Shown here piece after piece: positions 48,812-58,792 of a DNA stretch of 64,000 nucleotides (position 1 is the first letter of the stretch; each line of letters starts with the position of its first letter). Both the position numbers and the translations under genes were made by a program. Location: positions 109,119 through 173,118 of the forward strand of contig CBFGKC010000001.1 of the NCBI GenBank assembly GCA_965649265.1, in the 5' to 3' direction. The DNA is from a candidate division WOR-3 bacterium. Its GTDB lineage: Bacteria; Hydrothermota; Tepidihabitantia; B3-TA06. The notes under the pieces were generated by a model. It did not search any database. It was not told where the DNA came from and was given only the letters and a program-made list of their open reading frames with translations.

Positions 48812-50113
48812 CTAAACGATTCTTTTGATTATCGTCTTATGCTTTTCAGTCTCACCTTCCCCTATCCTGAAACAACTCGCCAGTATTCCTGCGACCTCCT
48901 GCCCCTTCTGGCTCTCGTTTGTGTGAACGGTAGCCACAAGGTCTCCTTTCTCAATCATGTCGCCGATCTTTCTCTCGACCACGAAACCAACGGCCGGGTC
49001 AACCGCATCCTGACTCCTTCTCCTGCCCGCACCCAGCTCGACGGCCAGCATCCCTATCCTGTAAGTGTCTACTTCAGTCAAAACGCCTGTCTCGCAAGCC
49101 TTCACCTCAATCCTCTCCCTCGCCCGGGGAAGAATTGAATAATCATCAGCCGCCCTCTCATCGCCGTCTTGCTTTCTTACCATCTCCCGGAACTTCTCGA
49201 GCGCCTTGCCTGAGTCAAGATTCGAGACCGACCGCTCCCTCGCAGTCTCCTCATCAATCCCGGATAAGCAAAGCATCTGGCAACAAAGCTCGATAACGAG
49301 CGTCCTCAAATCGGGGGGACCCCCTCCCTTAAGGCAATCGACAGCCTCTCGAACCTCGAGCGCGTTGCCCACGGCCCTGCCTGTCGGCTCGTCCATATTG
49401 GTCAGAAGCGCGCGTGTGCGCACGCCGAACCCTGCGGTAATCCCCATAATCCTCCTCGCAAGCTCGAACCCCTCCTCCCCCGTCCTCATGAACGCACCCG
49501 AACCGACTTTAACATCCAGAACTAACCCTTGCGAGCCCTCCGCTATCTTCTTGGAAGCGATCGATGCCGCGATCAGCGGTATGGACTCAACCGTCGCGGT
49601 CACGTCCCTAAGTGCGTATATCCTTCCGTCCGCCGGGCACAGCTGGGGTGTCTGGCCCATCATGGCCACGCCTATCTCCTCGAGATTCCTCTTGAACTCA
49701 TCCGCCGACAGATCCGTCCTGAACCCTGGAATGGCGGCGAGCTTATCCAATGTCCCGCCGGTATGCCCAAGTCCTCTTCCTGAAACCATCGGCACGACGA
49801 GCCCGCAAGACGCGGCAAGGGGCGCGAGAACCAGCGAGACCTTGTCGCCCACGCCGCCGGTCGAGTGTTTATCCGCCTTGAATCCCTCAATCCCTGACAG
49901 GTCGAATCTCTCACCCGACTCGATCAAGGCCCCGGTGTATGCGAGAAGCTCCTCATCCCCAAGCCCCTCAAAACTCACCGCCATCAGCCATGCAGACATC
50001 TGATAATCCGCCACCTTCCCGTCCATATACCCCCCCACAAACTCCCTGATATCTCCTGCATCAAGAACCTTCCCTAATCTCTTGGAACGGATGAAGTCGT
50101 AAGGTGAAATCAC
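48812..50113 (-). CDS. pdp: pyrimidine-nucleoside/thymidine phosphorylase
   Basis: DKHSTGGVGDK, SGRGLGHTGGTLDKL, YALRDVTATV, DVKVGSGAFM. Probable GTG start at 50113. Confidence 0.92.
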   Translation of the reverse strand: MISPYDFIRSKRLGKVLDAGDIREFVGGYMDGKVADYQMSAWLMAVSFEGLGDEELLAYTGALIESGERFDLSGIEGFKADKHSTGGVGDKVSLVLAPLAASCGLVVPMVSGRGLGHTGGTLDKLAAIPGFRTDLSADEFKRNLEEIGVAMMGQTPQLCPADGRIYALRDVTATVESIPLIAASIASKKIAEGSQGLVLDVKVGSGAFMRTGEEGFELARRIMGITAGFGVRTRALLTNMDEPTGRAVGNALEVREAVDCLKGGGPPDLRTLVIELCCQMLCLSGIDEETARERSVSNLDSGKALEKFREMVRKQDGDERAADDYSILPRARERIEVKACETGVLTEVDTYRIGMLAVELGAGRRRSQDAVDPAVGFVVERKIGDMIEKGDLVATVHTNESQKGQEVAGILASCFRIGEGETEKHKTIIKRIV

Positions 50114-50147
50114 AAGCCATACTACTCGACCGATCCTATGTGTCAAC

Positions 50148-50175
50148 AAAAAGGGAGCCCTAAGGCCCCCTTTTT
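50148..50175. terminator. bidirectional terminator-like hairpin
   Basis: AAAAAGGGAGCC…GGCCCCCTTTTT. Confidence 0.55.
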
Positions 50176-50189
50176 AAAGGTTAACTTTT

Positions 50190-51083
50190 CTACATTGTGG
50201 TGTCTACCACGCAATGAATCACAAATTTGCTTATCTCGTTATCTTTTTGAACGGCTGAAACGCTTACATCGAATGCATCGCCCTTTCGGAATCTTTCTCC
50301 TCTAAATACTACAAGAGAATATTCACCCGAAAAGCCGGGTGAAACATCCAACTTGTCTATGTTTTTTAATTCATTCTTGACAAGCATTCCTCCTTTAGGA
50401 AGTGCCTTGGTCGGAATAATTCGCGTTTCAATCTCGGCGGGTTTTTCTACCTTGATAAGAACTTCTCCTTTTATCTGCTGAAAGCCTACGTGGAACGGGA
50501 AGGAAAAGCTTGAGTCTTTAGAGGATATGTTCACAATGTCATAATTGGTATGGGCATAATTGTTGTTATACTCCTTGTCGCAAGGATGAAAAATATGTGC
50601 GTAGAAGCACACATGCGGTACACCAGCAGGAGTTATGAAATATGGTCCTGTAACCCACCGAGTGGTATTGGCTGGGATATCTGCTGCCACGGACCCAATA
50701 GGGATGCCTTCATCAAAAAGGCCGAAGGCGAACCACTGAAAAACAACAGTAGCTCCGCGCACATCAACATTGGAGAAGTTGGTGACTTCGACTTGGGGCA
50801 GGTAAGGCCATAATGGCTTTAACTGTTGATAACTTCCCAAGATTTCAGTAGGTTGAGCCGGGAATTCGGTCAATGGATTTGTCCAAGACATCGTATGGAA
50901 CTTGCCAGGCATGTAATGAGAGATATTCCCTTGGCGGGGTTTGAATATTCCGATCTCAATACTTGGGCAGCAGCATTGTTTTGGTCGAACGATTATGATT
51001 ATACCTATGACGATCACAATAGCGATTATGATCGTTATTATGATGTTTATGACTGGAAGAACAGTTCTTTTTTCTTCGGTCAT
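50190..51083 (-). CDS. hypothetical membrane-anchored protein
   Basis: Ile-rich N-terminal TM helix, CCCP, H.C…D…NN.A..N motif. SD AGGAGG and promoter TTGACA-N16-TACAAT (51178-51205). Confidence 0.65.
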   Translation of the reverse strand: MTEEKRTVLPVINIIITIIIAIVIVIGIIIIVRPKQCCCPSIEIGIFKPRQGNISHYMPGKFHTMSWTNPLTEFPAQPTEILGSYQQLKPLWPYLPQVEVTNFSNVDVRGATVVFQWFAFGLFDEGIPIGSVAADIPANTTRWVTGPYFITPAGVPHVCFYAHIFHPCDKEYNNNYAHTNYDIVNISSKDSSFSFPFHVGFQQIKGEVLIKVEKPAEIETRIIPTKALPKGGMLVKNELKNIDKLDVSPGFSGEYSLVVFRGERFRKGDAFDVSVSAVQKDNEISKFVIHCVVDTTM

Positions 51084-51320
51084 ATTGTGCCTCCTCGCCG
51101 GCTTATCCGACGTTTTTTTGTTAACGCCCTGCCTCTCCTTTCAGCCATATCCTTAGGAGAGTTTTTTCGGATAAAGAATTGTAATTAAAAACGAAGTTTT
51201 GTCAAGAGGTTAATGCCATTTTTTACGCAGAACTTCTGAAGAGCAAGACTCGTACGGCAGGCCCACTATCTTTTTTATATGAGACTTACAATGGGTTATT
51301 AAAGGTTTGTCGAACCAGTT

Positions 51321-51653
51321 TCAGTAAAGCACCTCAACAGGTTTTAGTTCGAGTTCGACATCCAGGGAGACGTTTGTCTCACCCGGCTTGGGTTTGAACT
51401 CCACCTCAAGGGGTTCGTAGTTGGGAGCGTTGAATTTGATGATGCCGGGCCTTGATGGGACTGGAGGAAGCCTGAAGTGTCCGGAGCTGTCGGTAAAAAT
51501 AATCGTGTCCAGAGCGAAGGGCAGGACTTTTACTTCTGCAAGAGGCTTGCCCGAATTAATGTCTGTAACCTTGCCTTCAATACTTACCACCGTTCTTCCG
51601 CACGAGATCAGCGATAATGCGCAAACAACGTAAAGAATCAATGACTTCTTCAT
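51321..51653 (-). CDS. lipoprotein with carboxypeptidase-regulatory-like domain
   Basis: ATG 51653 after GGAGG. Lipobox LIS|C. I.G.V.D..SG.PL…TD.SG.F. Confidence 0.75.
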   Translation of the reverse strand: MKKSLILYVVCALSLISCGRTVVSIEGKVTDINSGKPLAEVKVLPFALDTIIFTDSSGHFRLPPVPSRPGIIKFNAPNYEPLEVEFKPKPGETNVSLDVELELKPVEVLY

Positions 51654-51709
51654 CAAAAGTCCTCCGATAAGTTTATCCTTGAATAAAGATAGGCGTATCC
51701 TGTCGTTTG

Positions 51710-52573
51710 TCAAGGTGTTGCGAACTCTCTCAGCCCCAGGGCTTTTGCAACTCTTAACGCGACGTCCGGCCTGTCCGTAATTATCCCATCTACACCTATC
51801 TTTAAAAGATGCTCAATTTCTGCCGCTGAGTTTATCGTCCAAACATGTACTTCGATCCCCTTTTTGTGGCAGAGCCGTACAAATCCCGGAGTCACGACGT
51901 GTACTGAGCCCGAATATTCGGGAACCTGAACCAGCCTCAATCCGCGTTTTGCGACGAAGCCGAGCCCCATCTTTTGCAAGAGGACGAGCGGTCTTATTTC
52001 ATCCTCGGAACCCGAGGTGACGATCCCAGGATCGAGAGCCCGAACCCTCTCGATAACGTCTTTGTAAACCGAGGCTACGACTACCCTCCCCTGCATGTCT
52101 TTTCTTTCAATCAATGCAACAAGACTGTCCGCTTCATGCAAAATAGAATCCTTGATCTCGATGTTAAAACGATCAGCTGGAAAGGAGTCGAAAACCTCGG
52201 CCAGGGTCGGCACCCGGACCCCTTTTCCGCGCCAGGGATAAGTAGCGCCTGAATCAGGCGTAAACCAGAAGGCGGCGTCCAGCTTGCGCAGTTCGGTACA
52301 GGTCATCTCGCGAATAAGCCCAGCGCCGTCGGTGGTGCGGTCAACCGTCTCGTCATGAATTACCATAAGGCTGTCATCTGCGGAGAAGTGAATGTCAAGC
52401 TCCCACACGTCGGGATGACAAAGAATCTTTGTCACCCTCCAGCCGTCAATGGTGTTTTCGGGCACGAGCTGCGCGCCGGCCCGGTGAGCCATGATGAGCG
52501 GTTTAGAAATCAATGAATCCGCATCTATGCATAAAGGAAGAAGAAAGATGAGAAATAAACCTCGTGGGATCAA
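51710..52573 (-). CDS. glycerophosphodiester phosphodiesterase
   Basis: AHRAG…PENT, ELDIH, HD.TVDRTT, NIEIK, WTIN, DGIITDRPD. Confidence 0.9.
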   Translation of the reverse strand: MIPRGLFLIFLLPLCIDADSLISKPLIMAHRAGAQLVPENTIDGWRVTKILCHPDVWELDIHFSADDSLMVIHDETVDRTTDGAGLIREMTCTELRKLDAAFWFTPDSGATYPWRGKGVRVPTLAEVFDSFPADRFNIEIKDSILHEADSLVALIERKDMQGRVVVASVYKDVIERVRALDPGIVTSGSEDEIRPLVLLQKMGLGFVAKRGLRLVQVPEYSGSVHVVTPGFVRLCHKKGIEVHVWTINSAAEIEHLLKIGVDGIITDRPDVALRVAKALGLREFATP

Positions 52574-52585
52574 GCAGGCTCCGCT

Positions 52586-53056
52586 TTAATCTTCTTCGGG
52601 AAGAATGCGTTCTCTGGGCACCTCAAGAAGCGCCCTGGCGAGCTGCTCGAGGGAATCCATGAATATATCCAGATTCTGGGTAGGAAGGGTATCCATGATA
52701 CGTTTCCAGTCTTTGCGCTGCGCGTTCTGAAGTCTTTGCGCTATACGATGGCCTTTAGGCGATAGCGTTACGAAAACAACGCGCCTGTCCTCGTCCGAAC
52801 GCATGCGCTCAAGCATCCGAGCGCGGACCATCCTGTCCACTAGTCCGGTCACGTTGGCCTTGGATACGCCAAGTGTCGAGGCAAGCTCGTTCATCTGCAT
52901 TGCCTCCTTGCCCAGAAGCGTCTGAAGTATCAGGTACTGGGAGAAGGAAAGCTCGCCGCCGAAGGGCGTGGACGAACCGATGAGCTGAAGACCACGAACA
53001 AGAATCGGTCCCAGCTCTTCAAGTTTCCTGACATGTTCATCAACCGAACGTCCCAT
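52586..53056 (-). CDS. MarR-family transcriptional regulator
   Basis: ELA..LGVSKANVT.LVDRM…DRRV..V.L..KG. Confidence 0.9.
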   Translation of the reverse strand: MGRSVDEHVRKLEELGPILVRGLQLIGSSTPFGGELSFSQYLILQTLLGKEAMQMNELASTLGVSKANVTGLVDRMVRARMLERMRSDEDRRVVFVTLSPKGHRIAQRLQNAQRKDWKRIMDTLPTQNLDIFMDSLEQLARALLEVPRERILPEED

Positions 53057-53239
53057 ACTATTAATATGCTCAATAAATGTGATTTGTCAAGTGTACTATT
53101 TTTGGAAAGGCACCATGTTCTTTCCCGGTCAATAGTTCTAAAGATACGCGTCGAGGAACCTTGGGACGGGAATTTACGATGTTACTCAAGAATTTAGCGG
53201 GCATGAAAACCCCATGATCATTTGCCACCCAACCACAGT

Positions 53240-54982
53240 CTACATTTCGTCGGGGGTCTCGATACCGAGGAGTGCAAGTCCTCTTCGCAGCACGCCGCCG
53301 GTCGCCTGTGTCAAAACCAACCGCGCCGTCCTTGCCTTGCTCTCCGCGCGAAGCACGGGCACCTGAGTGTAGAACCTGCTGAACTCGGTCGCTAAATCGT
53401 ATAAATATCCAGCAATCACGTGCGGCGAGTAGCGCTCGCGTGCCTCGATGACTGCCTGCGGGAAGCGTCCAAGCTGCATGAGAAGCTCGGTGCTCTCCGG
53501 TTCCGCAATCTCACTGACAACTGCGTGAACCTCCCCCTCGCCCAAATTCTCAAGCGGCTTGCGTTCCTCAGGCCCGACCTTCTCGAGGATCTTCGCGCAT
53601 CTCACTGCCGCATACTGAAGATAGGGTCCCGAGTTGCCGTCGAACGCGAGCATCTTTGACCAGTCGAAGACGATGTCCTTGATGCGGTCCTGCGAAAGGT
53701 CCGCGTATATCACCGCACCGATTCCAACCTTCCTCGCGACCTCCTTCCTCTTGACTTCGGTCATCTCCGGGTTCTTTTCTTTTATAATCTCCCCGGCCCT
53801 GCGCTCGGCCTCGTCCAGCAGCTCATCCAGATACACAACTCTTCCCTCCCTCGTCGAAATCTTTCCCGAAGGCAGCGAGACCATGCCGAAACGGACGTGT
53901 TCGAGTATATCCTTGTGGCCTAATCTCTCGAGCGCTTTGGCAAGATTGGCAAAATGAAGATTCTGCTCGGTTGCGACGACGTAGACGAGCTTCGAAACAG
54001 GCTTGAACATTTCCAGCCTCTCGAGCGCGGACGCGAGATCCCTTGACGCGTAAAGCGTGGTGCCGTCCTGCTTGCGGGCAACGAGAGGCGGTTTGTCTTC
54101 CTTGTCAGAAGTCCTGATTATCACGGCTCCTTCCGAGCGCTCGGCTACCCCCTCATCCAATAACCTGTCGATCAGGTCGTGCGCCTTGCCTTCAAACTCG
54201 CTCTCGAACCAGTTATGGTCGAAGTGCACGCCCAGTCTCGCCACCGTCCTTTCAAAATCGGCAAGGCTTTCTACCCTGAATCGCTTCCAAAGATCGCGCT
54301 CCTTCTCACCGCCCTGTTCGAGTCTCATGAACGCGGCGCGGCCCTCGTCCTCAAGCTCGGGATGCGCCTCCAGCTCCTTGTGGAAGCGCACGTAAAGGTC
54401 AACGAGATGTTTTATCGGATCACCCTTGAACGCATCCTCCTCGCCCCAGCGTTCGTAGGCGTAAAGGAGCTTTCCGAACTGGGTACCCCAGTCCGATAAA
54501 AAATTGATGCCCACCGTTCTCTCCCCGGCCGCTTCGAGGATATTAATGAGCGCCTGGCCTATGATGGTCGAGCGCAGGTGACCGACCGACAAGGGCTTCG
54601 CGATATTCGGCGAGCAGTAGTCAACAACCACCGTCTTCCCTGTGTCCGGATGATTCCCATACGATTGGCCCGTTTTGACCATATCGGCCACGATTCCTTC
54701 AAGCAGCAGGCCGGTTTTTGCATATACGTTCACGTAGCCGCGGTCGGCCTCGAACCTCTCAAATATTGAATCGCCCTCGATACCCTTACTCCATCTGGCT
54801 GCCAGTTCCTCTGCAAGCTTCGCAGGGTTGGTTCCTCTATCCTTTGCGTAACGAAAGCAGGGCACGGCATAAATAGCATGAGATTCCTGCGGCGGCCTGC
54901 GAATCTCCGGATGCTGGTCGGCGAACTCTGCCGACGCCAGACGCTCCACTTGCTCGTAAACGCTGTCGAATATGTACTTCAA
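53240..54982 (-). CDS. argS: arginine--tRNA ligase
   Basis: SPNIAKP..VGHLRSTIIG, DWGTQFG, STREG, GNSGPYLQYA, GL.LLGI.TP.EM. Confidence 0.93.
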   Translation of the reverse strand: MKYIFDSVYEQVERLASAEFADQHPEIRRPPQESHAIYAVPCFRYAKDRGTNPAKLAEELAARWSKGIEGDSIFERFEADRGYVNVYAKTGLLLEGIVADMVKTGQSYGNHPDTGKTVVVDYCSPNIAKPLSVGHLRSTIIGQALINILEAAGERTVGINFLSDWGTQFGKLLYAYERWGEEDAFKGDPIKHLVDLYVRFHKELEAHPELEDEGRAAFMRLEQGGEKERDLWKRFRVESLADFERTVARLGVHFDHNWFESEFEGKAHDLIDRLLDEGVAERSEGAVIIRTSDKEDKPPLVARKQDGTTLYASRDLASALERLEMFKPVSKLVYVVATEQNLHFANLAKALERLGHKDILEHVRFGMVSLPSGKISTREGRVVYLDELLDEAERRAGEIIKEKNPEMTEVKRKEVARKVGIGAVIYADLSQDRIKDIVFDWSKMLAFDGNSGPYLQYAAVRCAKILEKVGPEERKPLENLGEGEVHAVVSEIAEPESTELLMQLGRFPQAVIEARERYSPHVIAGYLYDLATEFSRFYTQVPVLRAESKARTARLVLTQATGGVLRRGLALLGIETPDEM

Positions 54983-55010
54983 TCAATCTCCTTTGCTAAG
55001 TGTACCGCCG

Positions 55011-55748
55011 TCATGCCGCGGTGTCAACGAAAAGTATTCCCTCCCCCTCCATCGGCAGGCTGGAAAGAACCCATCCCTTCTCGTCCACGAACCAGGCCCC
55101 GCCGAAGGAATCGTCAGTCCCCTCCCCCTCGTAAAGATTTACCGCGAGCGTTCTGGCTCCTATCATACTGAATCTCTTGCAGTATTCCTCAAGTTCCGCC
55201 GGCCACTCCTTGCCCGGATCCCGCGCTCTCAGGAAAGGATATAGAAGGTATTCGGGCTCGAGCGCCTTCATCCTTGCCACGATTCCATCGTCCCATACAT
55301 CCCCGCAAACGAGCACGCCCAGTTTTCCGAAAGGCGTCATGACGGTTTTCACCCCCTCACCCACACAATAGATCTGCGGATCATCTTCGGGTCTATGCCA
55401 GTGAGGATCAATCCTGCGATAGTGCAGCGCGAGGTTGCCTTCGGGGTCGAAAAAAACGTAGGAGTCGTAAATCCTGGCCCCCTCCCGCTCAAGCAGTCCT
55501 GCCGCGAACCACACTTTGCTCGACTTCGCGAAAGCGCCCCACTCCTCGCAGAGCGGCCCGGATACGGTTTCCGCAATCCTCAGATCGTGTTTCACCTCCC
55601 CTGTATCCGCAAGCCCTGTTGCAGCCGCCTCCGGAAACACGATGAGTTCAGCACCCATATCCAGTGCGCTCTCCGCGAGGGCAAGAATCGTTCTCCTGTT
55701 TTCCTCGAAATTCCCGGTCACTTTGTTTGAGACAATAGCGGCCTTCAT
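55011..55748 (-). CDS. carbon-nitrogen hydrolase (nitrilase superfamily)
   Basis: LIVFPE, TPFGKLGVLVCGD, FGG…D..G. Confidence 0.85.
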   Translation of the reverse strand: MKAAIVSNKVTGNFEENRRTILALAESALDMGAELIVFPEAAATGLADTGEVKHDLRIAETVSGPLCEEWGAFAKSSKVWFAAGLLEREGARIYDSYVFFDPEGNLALHYRRIDPHWHRPEDDPQIYCVGEGVKTVMTPFGKLGVLVCGDVWDDGIVARMKALEPEYLLYPFLRARDPGKEWPAELEEYCKRFSMIGARTLAVNLYEGEGTDDSFGGAWFVDEKGWVLSSLPMEGEGILFVDTAA

Positions 55749-55751
55749 GCG

Positions 55752-58673
55752 CTAAAGCCTTCTCAACTGATCGAGCAAATCCGAGAAAGGTCCGGTCCCC
55801 CTGTACGTCCTGTCCGCGGTCAATATGAACCATGAATCCTTGTGATAACTTACCTTCGTCACCTTCTTTTTCCGGGCAAGAGTTCGCGCCTTTGCTACCT
55901 CCAATATCTTCATTGCCTCGCCGGGCATTTTGCCGAAGCGATCCTCGAGCTCTTCCTTCAACGTATCCACCTCCCCCTCTTTTTCCACCGAGAGCAGCCG
56001 CTTGTAAAGCGACACGCGCTCGGACGAATCGCCGATGTATGTTTCGGGAAGGTATGCGCCGTGGTCTATCTCAAGCTCGGGCTCAGCAAACCATTCGTCG
56101 CCCTTGAGCCGCGCGACGGCCTCTGCCAGAAGCTTCGTGTAGAGAGTAAAACCTATCGCATTCACGTAGCCGTGCTGCTCGGTGCCGAGAAGGTTGCCCA
56201 CGCCGCGCATCTCCATATCTCTCACCGCGAGGCGGTATCCCGCGCCAAGTCCGGCATACGCCCGAATCGCGGCGAAGCGCTTCTTTGCGTCGTCCGTGGT
56301 TCTTTTAGGAACTATGAAGAGCGCGTAACCCTGTCTTTCCCCCCGCCCTACACGTCCCCTTAACTGGTGCAAATCCGCAAGACCAAAGAGATCCGACCTG
56401 TCAACGATTATCGTGTTGAGATCCGGTATATCTATCCCTGCCTCGAGTATCGCTGTCGAAAGGAGGATGTCGGTGTGGTGCTCGAGGAATTTGTCATAAA
56501 TCGTCGCAAGTTCGCGCTCAGGCATCTGGCCGTGCGCGACAAGGATGCTTGCCTGAGGCAACAGCCTTTCGATCCTGCGTCTGACCGAATCGATGGTCTC
56601 GATTCGGTTGTGGATGAAGAGCGTCAATCCTCCTCTCGATCGTTCTCTCAAAACCCACTCGCGAACCATCTCGTCCGACCAGCCCTCCACCGCTGTAATC
56701 ACGTCCTTTCGCCCGACGGGCGGTGTCTCTATCCTGGAAACGTCCCTTATCCCGACAAGGCCCATGTAAAGAGTACGGGGAATGGGCGTCGCGGTCAGCG
56801 CGAGCGTGTCCACTTCGGCCCTCGCTTTGCGAATCCTCTCCTTCTGCCTCACTCCGAAGCGGTGTTCGTCGTCTATAATCAATAAACCCAGGTCCGCCCA
56901 TTTGACCGATTCGGCAAGAAGAGCGTGAGTGCCTATCAATATGTCCACCTTACCCTCCGCGAGATCGGCGAGAACTCTCGAGCGTTCGGCCGTTCCCACG
57001 AATCTCGATAACATGGCGCATTTTACAGGGAGGTCCCTCAGCCTCGCGCTGAACGTTCGGTAATGCTGGAGCGCCAGGATAGTCGTCGGAGCCATGAGCG
57101 CCACTTGCTTGGAATCGAGCGCGGCCTTGAGAGCCGCCCGCACCGCCACCTCGGTCTTGCCATAGCCGACCTCGCCGCAGACCAGCCTGTCCATCGGGTG
57201 AGGTGTTTCCATGTCCGCTATGATGGAGTCTATTGCCTTCCTCTGATCGGGCGTCTCCTCATAAGGAAAAGTCAGTTCGACCCAGTCCATCTCTTCCTTG
57301 TGGGCGCCGAACGCGTGCCCGCGCGCCAGCGAACGCCTCGCATAAAGCGAGAGAAGCTCCTGGGCGTAAGCGTATGCCGATTGACGAGCTCTCCTGGTGG
57401 CAAGCTTCCAGCCCTCCGAACCCAGGCGGTTGACCCGCGGAAGCCTTCCTTCCGCTCCTATATACCGGTCCAGGAGTCCAAGGTTCTCAACGGGAAGGTA
57501 AAGGACGTCGGTTCCGCCGTAGGCAATTTGCAGGAACTCCTTCTCGCCCCCGCCGATCCTCAGGCGTTTTAGACCCTTGTAGATGCCGATTCCGTAATCG
57601 ATGTGAACGACATAGTCGCCTTCGTGGAGTTCAAGAAGCGCGTCCGAAGGCAACCCCTTGAAATGCCGGGGCAGCCTCCTTTTGTGCCGGACGCCGAAAA
57701 GCTCCTCGTCCGTGAAAACGGCGTACCCCCCCTCCCTAGAAATCCATCCCGCCGAAAGGTGTGCATCCACGATCATGAAACGCTCAAGATGGCTCGAGAG
57801 ATAATTGGCGGCATGCTCCGGGTCGATAGCGAAGTACAGTTCGAGTCCCTGATCCTCCAGTTCCCTGAGGCCCTCGAAATGTCCGAGAACCCTTGATGCT
57901 TGCGCGGCACCGAAATCGAAACGATCATATTCTGCATCCGAACCTTCAATTTTGTCCGTAATCAGGATTTCAGGCTTGCTGTCCTTTAGTTCCGAAATCA
58001 CGACCGCACCCTCGAGATAATGTCTGACTGAGGGTCCCTCTTTTGCTGGAGGTTTGTTAGATACAATCTCGATCGAACGAAGTTGTTTGCTCGAACGCTG
58101 GGTGAGGGGGTCAAAACTTCTGATCGATGCAACCCGGTCCGCCTCGAACTCAAGCCTTACCGGCTCCTCCCATTGCGGTGAGAATACGTCAAGTATTCCA
58201 CCCCTTTGCGCAAACTCCGAGGGCTCAGTCACAATGCCCTCGCGCTCGAACCCTTCCGAGGCAAGCCAGAGCAAAGCCTCATCAAGGTCTGCCACACCGG
58301 ACACCTCGAAGTAGATTGACGCCCTTTCGCCACCACCTAACCTTTCCTCCGCCAACTCCCTCAGGCATATTATCAATCTAGATGCAGCGGCAGGAATCCT
58401 TAAGAGATTCAGATCCTCGGGTTTTTTTAGTGTCACGATTCCCGGGGTCACGAGATCTTCCAAATCGTAAAGCAGTTTATCCAACTCCTCCTCGTCCTTC
58501 GCCAGGTATAGAATCTCCTCCTTTTCCCTCATTGCCGCAAGGAAGAACGACTTCAAGGCGCCCGCAAGACCTGAAATCAATGCCGGTCTTTCTTTAAGAG
58601 CAAGGAAGCGCTCGAAAGCCGCTGATTCAATAAAGCCCGCGTAGAGAGCTTTTTTGCTCGTGTATTCTTTCAT
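55752..58673 (-). CDS. mfd: transcription-repair coupling factor
   Basis: RGGILDVF, GDYVVH..YGIG.Y.G, FPYEETPDQ, CGEVGYGKTEVA, TATPIPRTL, LHQLRGRVGR, TRCF C-terminus. Confidence 0.93.
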   Translation of the reverse strand: MKEYTSKKALYAGFIESAAFERFLALKERPALISGLAGALKSFFLAAMREKEEILYLAKDEEELDKLLYDLEDLVTPGIVTLKKPEDLNLLRIPAAASRLIICLRELAEERLGGGERASIYFEVSGVADLDEALLWLASEGFEREGIVTEPSEFAQRGGILDVFSPQWEEPVRLEFEADRVASIRSFDPLTQRSSKQLRSIEIVSNKPPAKEGPSVRHYLEGAVVISELKDSKPEILITDKIEGSDAEYDRFDFGAAQASRVLGHFEGLRELEDQGLELYFAIDPEHAANYLSSHLERFMIVDAHLSAGWISREGGYAVFTDEELFGVRHKRRLPRHFKGLPSDALLELHEGDYVVHIDYGIGIYKGLKRLRIGGGEKEFLQIAYGGTDVLYLPVENLGLLDRYIGAEGRLPRVNRLGSEGWKLATRRARQSAYAYAQELLSLYARRSLARGHAFGAHKEEMDWVELTFPYEETPDQRKAIDSIIADMETPHPMDRLVCGEVGYGKTEVAVRAALKAALDSKQVALMAPTTILALQHYRTFSARLRDLPVKCAMLSRFVGTAERSRVLADLAEGKVDILIGTHALLAESVKWADLGLLIIDDEHRFGVRQKERIRKARAEVDTLALTATPIPRTLYMGLVGIRDVSRIETPPVGRKDVITAVEGWSDEMVREWVLRERSRGGLTLFIHNRIETIDSVRRRIERLLPQASILVAHGQMPERELATIYDKFLEHHTDILLSTAILEAGIDIPDLNTIIVDRSDLFGLADLHQLRGRVGRGERQGYALFIVPKRTTDDAKKRFAAIRAYAGLGAGYRLAVRDMEMRGVGNLLGTEQHGYVNAIGFTLYTKLLAEAVARLKGDEWFAEPELEIDHGAYLPETYIGDSSERVSLYKRLLSVEKEGEVDTLKEELEDRFGKMPGEAMKILEVAKARTLARKKKVTKVSYHKDSWFILTADRTYRGTGPFSDLLDQLRRL

Positions 58674-58744
58674 GGAGAAGCGATTCTAATCGCAGAAGCC
58701 GCCATGTCAAACCAGGGTCGAACGGCAAATGCCTTCCTTACCTT

Positions 58745-58772
58745 AAAAAAACCCCGGTCTTTCGACCGGGGT
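58745..58772 (-). terminator. intrinsic terminator
   Basis: ACCCCGGTC-GAAA-GACCGGGGT-TTTTTT on the minus strand. Confidence 0.8.
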
Positions 58773-58792
58773 CAATGAATCAAGTCGATCTC

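Noticed and set aside
55752-58673. mfd as a truncated pseudogene (973 aa)
   Set aside because: All translocase motifs, the RID and the TRCF C-terminus are present in one frame, and compact Mfd proteins are known.
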